Shown here one piece after another: positions 9,745 through 19,800 of a stretch of DNA of 51,736 nucleotides (positions are counted from its first letter, which is position 1; every line of letters starts with the position of its first letter). The stretch is taken from positions 1 through 51,736 of the IMG/VR virus record IMGVR_UViG_3300025864_000003; one strand, given 5' to 3'. The translations under genes were made by a program, and so were the position numbers. Origin of the DNA: a virus (taxonomy: Duplodnaviria; Caudoviricetes). The notes beneath the pieces are model-generated. The model was not told the origin of the DNA. It worked only from the letters and a program-made list of their open reading frames with translations, and did no database searches.

Positions 9745-11034
9745 TCACACCCAAGTGATGTACTGGAGACTAGCGTGGCTCTTGGAGCCGTCGATGACCT
9801 TGACGCCCAGCTCACCTAGATAACGCTGCTTCCAGCAGTCGGTACCATCGGGGGTGCTGGTGTCAATGCCCCACTCCATCTTCACGAAGGGGCGGAACTC
9901 GGTCAAGAACACCTTCTTGGTGTTGATGATGAAGAGGTCCGACTTGCTACAGTTCATGCAAGGAACCAGCTCCAGGTCAACGCCGAGGTCCGTTTCAAGG
10001 GACTTCAGAGAACGACCCCACTTGGTCTCATCCTGCGTAATACGCACCTTGTCCGCGCCGAAACCGGCAATCGTACGAAGGTTGTTGGGATGAGTGACGA
10101 CGATCAGTGGACTTGTCATGTCATTACCAGCACTCATCAGGTTAGCGACGAGCTGGTTGATGGCGTTTTCGGTTACAGCCTTAGAGGCATAGTCAACAAG
10201 ACCAGCCGAGTATGCAGCCGCAACGTTCTGGAACTGCTGGAAGCCCTTGGTGGTGCGGGCATACGCATCGGTACCGATCCAGGCGTTAGCCTCGGTGTCG
10301 GCACCCGTAGCAGCACTACCGGGGTTGACAGCACCATACAGAAGCATGCTCTCCATCTCATTCGTAAGCTCAATGAGTCTATCGTCAAACTGACGCTGGA
10401 GAGAGTCGGCAGCAATAAGACGCTTGCTAGCCAGCTGCGAACCAGTGACGGTCAGGTAGAAGTCCAGAATCTGCGTGTAGTTAGCCGCAAGGCTAACGTC
10501 GACGTACTTGTTCTCGTCAGGAGACGAGCCTTCGTGCTTCGGAGAAGTAAGAATCTCGATCACCGAAGAGGCCGTATGGACCGCGCTGCCCACGTTGGTG
10601 GTTGAACCAACCGGCTGAGCGTAGTTACGCTTCACCGTAATGTCAGTGCCGTCGTTGGCCGTCACACGCATAACCTCGTCAGCACCATAGGTGCCAATCG
10701 GAGTCGCTAGAGAGACGTTGCGGATGAGAGAGCCAGCCTGCAACGTTTTGCCGATACCAGTACCGCAACCAATCTTCGATGCAGTAGTAGGAGCCGTCGC
10801 GTCGCCAATCCCCTGCGTAGAGGTGCTGGATGCGGCGGAGGTGAAGGTCTTGCCACGCGTGTTTGCCATCTCCCACTCGAACTTGGTACCATCGACGGGC
10901 ACCTTGGGGAAACGGTCAATGAGCTGTGATTTGGCGCACAGCATCGGATAGAGAACACTATCGATGTTGCGTGAATAGGTGTTGGCAGTCTTGTCATAAG
11001 ACGCTATATCAACACCCGGTGTCGGAAATGCCAT
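9745..11034 (-). CDS. Major capsid protein (HK97 fold, SU10/DUF5309-like)
   Basis: KFEW, EGS...NYTQI...VTGSQ, EMESMLLYG, ETDLG..L..V, GELGVKV pattern; 429 aa; strong SD AAGGAGG; follows scaffold. Confidence 0.85.
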   Translation of the reverse strand: MAFPTPGVDIASYDKTANTYSRNIDSVLYPMLCAKSQLIDRFPKVPVDGTKFEWEMANTRGKTFTSAASSTSTQGIGDATAPTTASKIGCGTGIGKTLQAGSLIRNVSLATPIGTYGADEVMRVTANDGTDITVKRNYAQPVGSTTNVGSAVHTASSVIEILTSPKHEGSSPDENKYVDVSLAANYTQILDFYLTVTGSQLASKRLIAADSLQRQFDDRLIELTNEMESMLLYGAVNPGSAATGADTEANAWIGTDAYARTTKGFQQFQNVAAAYSAGLVDYASKAVTENAINQLVANLMSAGNDMTSPLIVVTHPNNLRTIAGFGADKVRITQDETKWGRSLKSLETDLGVDLELVPCMNCSKSDLFIINTKKVFLTEFRPFVKMEWGIDTSTPDGTDCWKQRYLGELGVKVIDGSKSHASLQYITWV

Positions 11035-11163
11035 GATGGCCTCCTTGGTAAGCGTTTACAATGCCCTTTCTTATATTGACGTTATGGGCTGAACGCTCGG
11101 AGGCGATTCGGCTCTGGTAACGAGGAATACATATCTGTATCGTTCGATTACCTGTCTAACATC

Positions 11164-11172
11164 ATTATACCA
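11164..11172 (-). promoter_or_regulatory. Extended -10 promoter (TGgTATAAT) for the capsid gene
   Basis: Minus strand reads GTGTGGTATAAT about 130 nt upstream of the capsid ATG. Confidence 0.7.
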
Positions 11173-11187
11173 CACTAATCTGCGTTT

Positions 11188-11751
11188 TTAGACAATACCC
11201 CCGACCATCTTATCTCCATCCAGTAGCGCAGATAGAGCAGCGTGGGTGTCACCCTTGGCGATCTTACTCGCACGTTCCTTTAGGTCTGCGTCGCCCTTCG
11301 GTGCCGGGGTGCCGATGGGACCACTACCCCATGCAGCTGCGGTGGCAGCAGCGACGCTAGCTTCCATCTGCGCCTGATACTTATCTGCCTCAGCCTGCAT
11401 CTTTACAGCACGATCCTTCACGAGGGCGGTAGCCCTGTCGAAGTCCTCAAGGTTCTTCACGTCGGCAGCGATGGTCTTGAAAAGGTCCAGCTCCAGCTCC
11501 GTCGCGTGCTCAGTGTAGGTCTTTGTACGTTCCCTCAGCATGGTGTGCTCGAACTTCTTGCTCATGTTGTCCATCTTGGATGCCAGCTTACGAGTCAACT
11601 TGTCGGCCTTCTCGTCCACCTCGTCCCGATGGTCTTCTTCTTCGGCATAGGGTTCGTCACCGGGATCGTCCAGCTTCAACATCTCCCAGATGGTCTGACT
11701 GCCCTCCTCGTCCTCTTCTTCCGTACCCTCAATGTCGAGTTCCTCGCTCAT
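11188..11751 (-). CDS. Putative capsid scaffolding protein
   Basis: Acidic N-terminus, coiled coil, directly upstream of the major capsid gene. Confidence 0.65.
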   Translation of the reverse strand: MSEELDIEGTEEEDEEGSQTIWEMLKLDDPGDEPYAEEEDHRDEVDEKADKLTRKLASKMDNMSKKFEHTMLRERTKTYTEHATELELDLFKTIAADVKNLEDFDRATALVKDRAVKMQAEADKYQAQMEASVAAATAAAWGSGPIGTPAPKGDADLKERASKIAKGDTHAALSALLDGDKMVGGIV

Positions 11752-11766
11752 GATGCTCCTTTAGAT

Positions 11767-13839
11767 TTAGATGTTTTGTGTCGAAAGTCCTGATTTCTTC
11801 TCGGTCTCCGTCGTGGCAAACTGACTTGTCGTGTATACCTTATGAGCCTCCAGTGCCTGCTTCATCCTCAGTCTGAGGTCGCCGCCCTCGGCGGCATTCC
11901 CGATACCTGCGGCAGTGGCCATATCGGCCGGCTCCCCGGTCCAGGTGTTGTAGCTATCCTTGGTGTGTATGTAGTCGGTCAGGTTGGATTCGAGGGTGCT
12001 CGGGTCCACCCCACTGGCGAACATACGTTTCTCAAACTCCGGTGGTGCCGGCAGTCCCACCGCCGCGAAGGCTTGGTTGAAGGTATCCCGATACTGCTTG
12101 TACATTGCCGGGTCCCTCAGAATCTTGGTGCTGTTTCCGGCGTAGTCCTGAGCAGACTGGAACTCGGCCCAGTTCCCGTACTGCGTCTGAAACTCTGCGG
12201 TCTGTTTGATGGCATCGAACATACTCGTCACATCGGTGCTGTTACCACGGACATATTGGTCCGATACTGCCGTTGGGGCCACTGAGTCAGAGCCGAAAAT
12301 GCCCCCCCAATAGGTCTGTAGGCTCTCCTTCTTTTCCGTGTATTCAGCAGTACTCGCGTAGTTGGGGTCCTTGGCCTTGAATTCCAGCTCAAGACGCTCG
12401 GCTGACCACCGCCCCCGCATGGCCTGTCGTATTAAGGCGTCGTTGGTCATTCCCTTGCCCTCGGTGAGTACGTCGTACTTGTCCCGTAAATCCTGCCTCT
12501 CCTGGAAAAAGAGTGTCCCGTTTACGTGCATTGTGCTGGGGTCTGCAAGACCGGTGGATGCACTGGCCCATGCCTCGAACTCGGGCTCGGCCCTCTTGAA
12601 CTGATCGGACACTCGAATGACGTTGTTGAAGAAGTCATTGACGTTGGAGTCGGCGGCACTGGCGATGTAGGCACGCCTCATCGCCGGATCGGGAGCAACG
12701 TCCGCTCCGTAAATGCCAGTCCAGAGGTCATCAAACTCTTCGGCCTTGCCCTGGGTCCCCTCGAAGAACTTCAGAGGGTCGAGGTGGGTCGTACTGGCGT
12801 CGGCTAGACCCGTGAAGTTGTTGGCCCACGTCTCGAAGTCCGGATTGGCTTGTTTGAACTGGTCTGATGTTCGGATGACATCGTTGAAGAAGTCGGTGAT
12901 GCTGGCCTCTGCCTTGGTCCGGATAAACGCCGCCTTCATTTTCGCATCGGGAGTTGAATCCTCCCCGAATAGGCCCGTCCAGAGATCGTCAAACTCCTGA
13001 GCCTTGGTCTGTGCCTCGCTGGACCCGCCAGTACCATCTGTTGCGGCTGCACCGGCATACTCGGGCACACTGGTGCGAACAAATGTCTCAAAGACGGTCT
13101 TGTCCTGAATGTTCTGACTCATGGCCTGGTTGAACACGGCGTTGCTTATCGTTGCACTTGGATCGCCCATGATGTCCTTGTACCAGCCCGTCATGTCGCT
13201 GCGGAGCTTGGCAAAATTGGTGATGGACGTGGCGTTGTCGGTGTGCTTATTGGCCGGTAGGTTGCGCCATGCCTTATATCCGGGGTACTCCTTCACAAAC
13301 GCCTTGCTGTTGACAACCTTCTTGTCAAGGAAGTCATCCCAGGTCATCGTTGCGCCCCATATGTACGTCTTGACGTATGCGGCCTTTAGCTTGTTGTTCT
13401 CTCCGAAGATGACATCAAGTTGCTGGGCCGCCTCTTTCCCGCGCACTATGGCGTCTTCGGTTTTCTCAAAGAGCTTGAACTTGCTGTCCTTCATCCAGCG
13501 GACAATGCTGGCCTTATCGTCCCAGCCCTCTTTCTGGGCCGTCCTCAGCAGTCCGTCTGGAACGGACCTGTTGCTGCCGGGTGGGAAGAGGTTGTTGTAT
13601 GCCTGCTTGAGGTTGCGCGCTATGACGACCTTCTGGGCCTCGGTTATCGCGCCGGGCTTGGCGGCGGGCTTGGCGGGGGCGCTACTGCCTCCCGAGCCTC
13701 CACTACCACCAGAATAATCGCCGTCGCCTCCCGAGCCCCCACTACCGGTGGAAGGCTTTTTAGCGCCGGGCTTCTTGTCGGCGGGCTTCTTCCCGGGCTT
13801 GATCGGTTTACCGTCCGGGGTGTAATCAGGAATTGACAT
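11767..13839 (-). CDS. Putative internal virion/ejection protein with ~87-aa helical repeats
   Basis: K/P/G-rich N-terminus; repeats of EFDDLWTG..G.D..PD...DFFN.VIR.SDQFK. Confidence 0.6.
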   Translation of the reverse strand: MSIPDYTPDGKPIKPGKKPADKKPGAKKPSTGSGGSGGDGDYSGGSGGSGGSSAPAKPAAKPGAITEAQKVVIARNLKQAYNNLFPPGSNRSVPDGLLRTAQKEGWDDKASIVRWMKDSKFKLFEKTEDAIVRGKEAAQQLDVIFGENNKLKAAYVKTYIWGATMTWDDFLDKKVVNSKAFVKEYPGYKAWRNLPANKHTDNATSITNFAKLRSDMTGWYKDIMGDPSATISNAVFNQAMSQNIQDKTVFETFVRTSVPEYAGAAATDGTGGSSEAQTKAQEFDDLWTGLFGEDSTPDAKMKAAFIRTKAEASITDFFNDVIRTSDQFKQANPDFETWANNFTGLADASTTHLDPLKFFEGTQGKAEEFDDLWTGIYGADVAPDPAMRRAYIASAADSNVNDFFNNVIRVSDQFKRAEPEFEAWASASTGLADPSTMHVNGTLFFQERQDLRDKYDVLTEGKGMTNDALIRQAMRGRWSAERLELEFKAKDPNYASTAEYTEKKESLQTYWGGIFGSDSVAPTAVSDQYVRGNSTDVTSMFDAIKQTAEFQTQYGNWAEFQSAQDYAGNSTKILRDPAMYKQYRDTFNQAFAAVGLPAPPEFEKRMFASGVDPSTLESNLTDYIHTKDSYNTWTGEPADMATAAGIGNAAEGGDLRLRMKQALEAHKVYTTSQFATTETEKKSGLSTQNI

Positions 13840-13859
13840 GTTGCCTCCCTCCGTTCATT

Positions 13860-16800
13860 TTAGTAGTTATACCAGTCTAGAAGTCTGCCGCCGACGTTAG
13901 AACTGCCGCCGAAGTATTCCTTTATGTCGTTTTTGAAGCGCGGGTTCACCGAGGACATTTGTTTGATAGCGGAGTTCAGATCACCGGACAACTGTCCGCC
14001 CAACTTGGTGCCTACACTGTTACCCTTTGCCTCATACCAGTCGCTGTAGCTATTCGTTAGTTGCTTTCGGTAGTCGTGAGCCGTCTCAAGGATTCGGTGC
14101 CACATCCTCACTCTACCAATCTCCAACGCTCGCTGTTCCTCGGGTTGCGCCGTCCCCTTAGCCGAGAATTTCTCCCACGCAGACTCAATAGCATCTGAGT
14201 TCGGAGACTTGCTGTTGATTTCGCGGTCTCTCACCTTCACATACCCCAACCAGGCCGTATGCGCCTCGCGTGCACGAGGTCCAGTTCCTATGGTGGTGAG
14301 GACTGGCTCCGAAAAGTGACTTATGTGCTCCAGTCTGTCATCAAGCCCCCCGATGAGGGCCTTGCCGCCCTTCAGTCCGCCGAGTAACTTCTTCTGTAGG
14401 GCGTAGTAGGCGTTGTGACCGTCCTTGTATTCCTGGGAGGGCGACTTGGCCTTGTGCCAGTTTTCGTAGGCTACCCTTAGTTGCTCCTGGGCCATATTTA
14501 TCTTGGGGTCAGCCGGTTTGCCAGTGACGAGCTGCAACTGATCCGATGTTATGAAGTACCACTGGTCAGAGGCGAGGGCTATGGTTGCCTTCAAGATGCC
14601 CTGCTTCTGTTCGGCCCTCGTGGCAGCAATGTTCTGACTTTCGGGGGTCTCCGAGATAAGCCTGTTGCCAAGATTCGGGTCCGCCATCATGTTCTTCAGT
14701 TGGAAGGCGCGACTCAAATCTTCATCGGAAACGGTGAATGGCGTAAGACGTACTTCTCCCTCGGCCGTGGCGGCTTGCTGGATGAAGTTGATGTCATACT
14801 CGTTATAGTCCAGGCCCCTGGACCTTATGATGTCGTTCCATAGCCCCCACCCGAGTCGCCTGCCAGTGTCCGGGTCCACCCCTCCGGGGTGCTCGAAACG
14901 ATATAGAAGCTGAGACTCGCTAAACCCCGTCTCCCTGCCCACCTGCTTGGCAATGGCCTTCGCCCAGTCCTTACGTTGTTGTATCAATTTCTCAGTACCC
15001 TTTTGAAGGGCCTCCAGCTTGATATCCCCCATGTAGTAAACGGAAGAGGTTCTATCTTTACCCGCCACGTAGTGTCCGCCGTAAATATCGGTGATTACGT
15101 TGTGGTAGGCCGCGATTCGTGCGGCATCGGTCAAACGTTCCCCACCATTGTTGAAGAATGACTCCTGCCAGTCCACGGGATTCATTTCCATGTTGGCGTT
15201 GTCGTAGTTGTATGGTGACTGCCACCACTTCAGCATGTTGAAGTTGGCTGGGTCCTTCTTCATGGCTAACTTTTCTTCGTTGCTGGCGTCGTGATAACGT
15301 AGGTCCTTGTCGAAGTTGGGATACTTCTCGCGGACAAGGTTCATCCCGGCGAAGTCTTTTGCCTTCAAGGCGGACTGGTACTCAAAGTACGCACTCTGCA
15401 TTTCTCTCGGTTCCTTGGGCGAGTACATGACGCCGAAGGGAGTGGGGGAGAAGCTCTTGGTCATCTCGTTATACAGGGCCTCTGGGCGAAGATGCTTTTC
15501 TCCCCATCCACCCTTCCCACCAGTCAGCGCCCATAGAGCCTTCACTCCGAGGGGTGCATTATCAAGATTTACACCCGTAGAACCGCTCCCCTCGGGTCCG
15601 TACTTTGTCCAGGCCATGATGGCGTTAGCATGCGCGGTTTCGAGCTTGTTTACATCTCCGAAGATGGACTCCGAAATATCTCCCAGGGTGGTGTCACCGG
15701 TGAGCCCGTATGTCAACCTTGCTATTCTTTGGAATGGAGACATGGTGTTGCCCAGCCCCTTCAGGAGGGGGAAATTCGCATAGTCCTTGGGGTCCTCTCC
15801 CAGGGCGCTTATGCCCGCCCGAATACCTATCAGTGGTATTAGGCCGGCGCTCGGGGACTGCGCAGCCACCTGATCCCAGAATCCCGCCCCAGTCTCTGAG
15901 TCCGGTGCCCAGAAGGGGATTTGCGGTGTGATGAACTGGCTGTCGCCGCTGGTGAATCCGAATGGGTCCCGAAGAAACTCGGGATAATTCTTCTGGAACG
16001 CGGCAAGGGCCAGGGGGTGCTTTGCAACGGCCCCCGCCCAGTACACGAAGAACTGTCGATAGGCGCTGATGAAGGGAACCATGTTTCTTGACATATCCTC
16101 GAACATGGTGGTGGAGTTGCTGTAGGCGGTCTGGTGTGCATACTTCACGGCGGTCTCGCCTGCTATTCGATGCATCTCCTCCGGACTGGTTTCAATCTCG
16201 CCAGCAGCCCTAGCCAACTTGTTCCGCTCGATGAGTTTGTTGCGCACCGTGTAGTATTTATCGTTGAACAGCTGTCGTTTTGTCCACTCCCCAATGCCCT
16301 GCATCAACTTGCTACTACCGTATTTGAAGACGTAGTGGTAGGGGTTGAGGGCAGAGGCTCCATACAGGGGATTCCTCAGTCCAATCTTTACACCCTCCGC
16401 AAGGCCGTTTCTTATGGGGGCGTTTACTGGATATAGGAACGGCTTCCCCGGGCCACTTCCCCACGCCTCTAGTTCCTGCACGGTGGGGGCTGCCCCCTCC
16501 ATTGCCTTCCTCATCGGCTCGTGATCGGAAAAGAGTTTCGCCCTGTCATACCAGTTGTTACACCATTCCTCAAACTCGGGGGTGTTGTAAGTACCGGGAC
16601 CCGCGCCCTTGCCCTTGATACTACGATAGGTATCATTGAGGAAGTTCCTCATATCGGTCGCGTCCTGCGTGTATTCCATCTTTCCTGTTTTGGGATTTTT
16701 TACGCGCTCATCGCGTATGCGACGAATGAAGCCCTTCAGGTCCTTGGGGTTTGTGGGGAACTTTCCCTTCCCACCGAAGTTCTTGCTGGCGACGAGTCTC

Positions 16801-19800
16801 TTGACAATAGGCTCTCTAGCCCAGGAGCTAAGATCATCACGAAGGGCTGCATAATATCCGGGCTCAGTCGGAGTGAGTGCGTGCCACTCTCCCGAGGTGT
16901 TCGCCATATCCCAGTCTCGTGCCATCCCGTCTCTCAGCTTCAACTCGAACTCAGTGAAGTCGGTGCCGTCTAATTTTACTTCCTTGACCCCCCTGCGGAG
17001 TCCGGTCTTTCTGAGAATCCAGTCGGGCTTGCCAGCTGGCAGGAACATGGGTTCGCCGTCAAGGTCTTTGCGCAGTTTGCGCACGGTCCACATTCTGCTG
17101 ACTACACCCTCCGGAACAAATCGCGCTATCTCATCCCCGATGTTGACGCGAATGGGGAAGGCTAGCGAGGCCATAACGGTTTCCTTGAACATGCGCATTA
17201 CCGGCTCAGCCACCAATTGATCCGCAAGCATGAAGTCTCTTGGAGCCTTTCCGCTCATATACCATCCGGCGATGCGGGGGTCATACTGGTGATAGATGTG
17301 GGTGCGGATTTGACCCTGCTTGAACGGCTGTGCCGTGCGCATATCACTAAGTTCGTTTACAGCCGTGTCATATTTGATTTCCTCACTGGGAGAAAGTCGC
17401 TTCTTCTGACCAAGTTCTTGTACGATCTTGGCAGCCTCGGTCCTTCTCGTTACCTTGGCGGTGGCCTCGAATACCGCGTCACTCATCTTGCCGATGTCGG
17501 CGGGAGATGCGCCAAGTTCGGTGGACAACTTGGCCATATCAATCCGAGCCTGAGCAATGGCGGGGTTCGTGATCAGTTGGTCGCGCTGGCGATTGAGTTG
17601 GGCCAGCTCGCGTCTCTTGTTGGTGAGGGCGGCTCCGCCCTTCTTCCCCTTGCCGGTTTTTACTCCGGTGTGTGCATATCTAGTCTGGTCGCGACCCGTA
17701 AGTTCATACTTCTTTGTCTTTGGATTGTACTTTCTAGTCTCCGTATATCCGGTGCCATCACTGCGTAGGTGGGTGCGCTGGTTGTCTTTCCACGCACTAG
17801 TTTTTCCCGTTGTGGGTGCGGGTTCCCCAGGCTTCACCACGTGCTTCGCATAATAACCCTGCTCAAGTTGGTCCACCTCGTCTCCCAGCTGTGTCTCCTT
17901 ACCCGCCCACAACTCGTCCCACTTGCGCAACGCGCCCTGTGACACCTCATCCAGACTGCGCTCCAGATCGGAAGGAAGAACAAGGGAACCCTCCACCAAG
18001 GTTCTTTCTCCGGTCTTCTTGTCGATGGCATACTTGGGGAGGTAAGAGTGACCCAGTATCTCATCCACATATCGTTGTCCACGAGTCCAGAGAATATGCC
18101 GATTGTACGCCTTGAAGTCATCCAGTTTGTCGCCCAGATTGTTTTCAAAGGTTTTCCACATCTCATCGACTATCTTCTGCTTGCCTCCGGGGTGAGCCTC
18201 GTACACCCTGCGGGAGAAGTCCTGCAATTGCCGAAGAGCTGCCTTTCTCCCCGCCCTGGTGGTGGCACCCATGCGAATAGCTTTTCCCACCTGGAATGTG
18301 TCCTCGGCAGCAGTGGCAATGTCGGACGTTTTGCCATACATGGTCATGGTGTTGAAGATACGAGCCCAACCCAGTTGGCCGAAGCCCCTCTCCCCGAGGG
18401 AGTAGCGAAGTTGCTTTATCATAGCACTCTTGCCACCGTCAATTTCGACGCCCTTGATCTCCAGCTTCCTCAGCAGACCCTCCACCTCGATGTGAGACTT
18501 GCTGGCCGCAACCTGCTTCACCAAGTCCTGTATCTCGGGAATGTCCTCGGGAGCCTTCAGTAACCGATTGACTACGAAGGGGTCCTCAATCTTGGCAAAG
18601 AGCTCTGCGTTGGTGCGAAGGAAAGCGGGTGGGGCATATGTATGTACTTCTCGTTTCTTGACGAGGCCCTTGACTGTGCGCGTGACGGACTCTACGAGTC
18701 CACCGCCCAAACTGTACATCGTGGCACTTTCTCCGTCGATTCCGTGGGGAAGAAATGGGCTGGTGGGGTCGGAGATGTGCTTGTGTAGTACCTCGTCGGC
18801 GCGCGCAACATATGAGTTGTATGCATCGAAATCGCCCTCAACCCTACCCACATCGAGGGGTTTTCTCTCCATCCAGTCGTTGCCCACCTCCTTGAATCCG
18901 CGCTTGGCGTACACGTCCTTCAGTGCATCTTTCGCCATCTTCTCGGCCCCAAAGGGAACAGCCTCAAGCCGCAGGGTAATACCCGAGTTGTCTGCGGCGG
19001 ACACCAGATCGTCAATGACGCTCCCGCCGAATCCCTGTCCACGCGACTCCAGTGGAGTCTCGAGATTCTTCACTACGACCTTGGGTCCCTCGGCCTTCAT
19101 GGCCAGACGAACGTCATTCTCAAGATAACCTGCGGTGAGAGGCTTGCCGGTTTCATTCGGCACGTTGCGGAACGAGAGGAAATCGTCCATAAAGTTCTCT
19201 GGTGTATCTGGGGGAGACGGTTTGCGTGGTGGCGCATCCCTCGGATCAAGCGCCTTGAACTCGTCCCTATCCAGTGGTTGCACGCGAGGCTTTCCATTTA
19301 CATCTTTCGCGACCTTGACCAGAGCTGGGTCTCCCGGTGCCTCGGGGTGACTGAGGTGGAGACGTCCCCTCCCAGCATCCACGGCCCCGGGGAAGAACTC
19401 TCGTGGTTTGCCCGTTGCGTCTTCCCTGAGTTTGGCAACACGCTTGCCCCAGTTTGCTGCTGGTTTCTTTTTCCCGACCGCCTTCTCCAGGTCGTCAATG
19501 AGTCCTGAGTCGATCTTTCCGCCCCCGGCCACAACCTTTTCAAGATGTAAAAGATGGTTCAAGCTATCGGGCATAATGGTCCGAACGTTCATTGAGATGG
19601 TTTCATTGGCAATCTTATTGCGTTCCCGGAGAGCGTCGGCGTGCTCCTTGCTATCCTTGCCGTAGATTTTCTCGGCCATATCAACTTTCTCTCCGGCCTT
19701 CTGCTCTAGGGCGGTGCGTTCCCTCACGAGTGCCGATGTCTGCTCCAACGTTCTCACCTCGGGGGGGGTCGGCGTTGGTCTATGGAGTTTCCCGGCAGCA

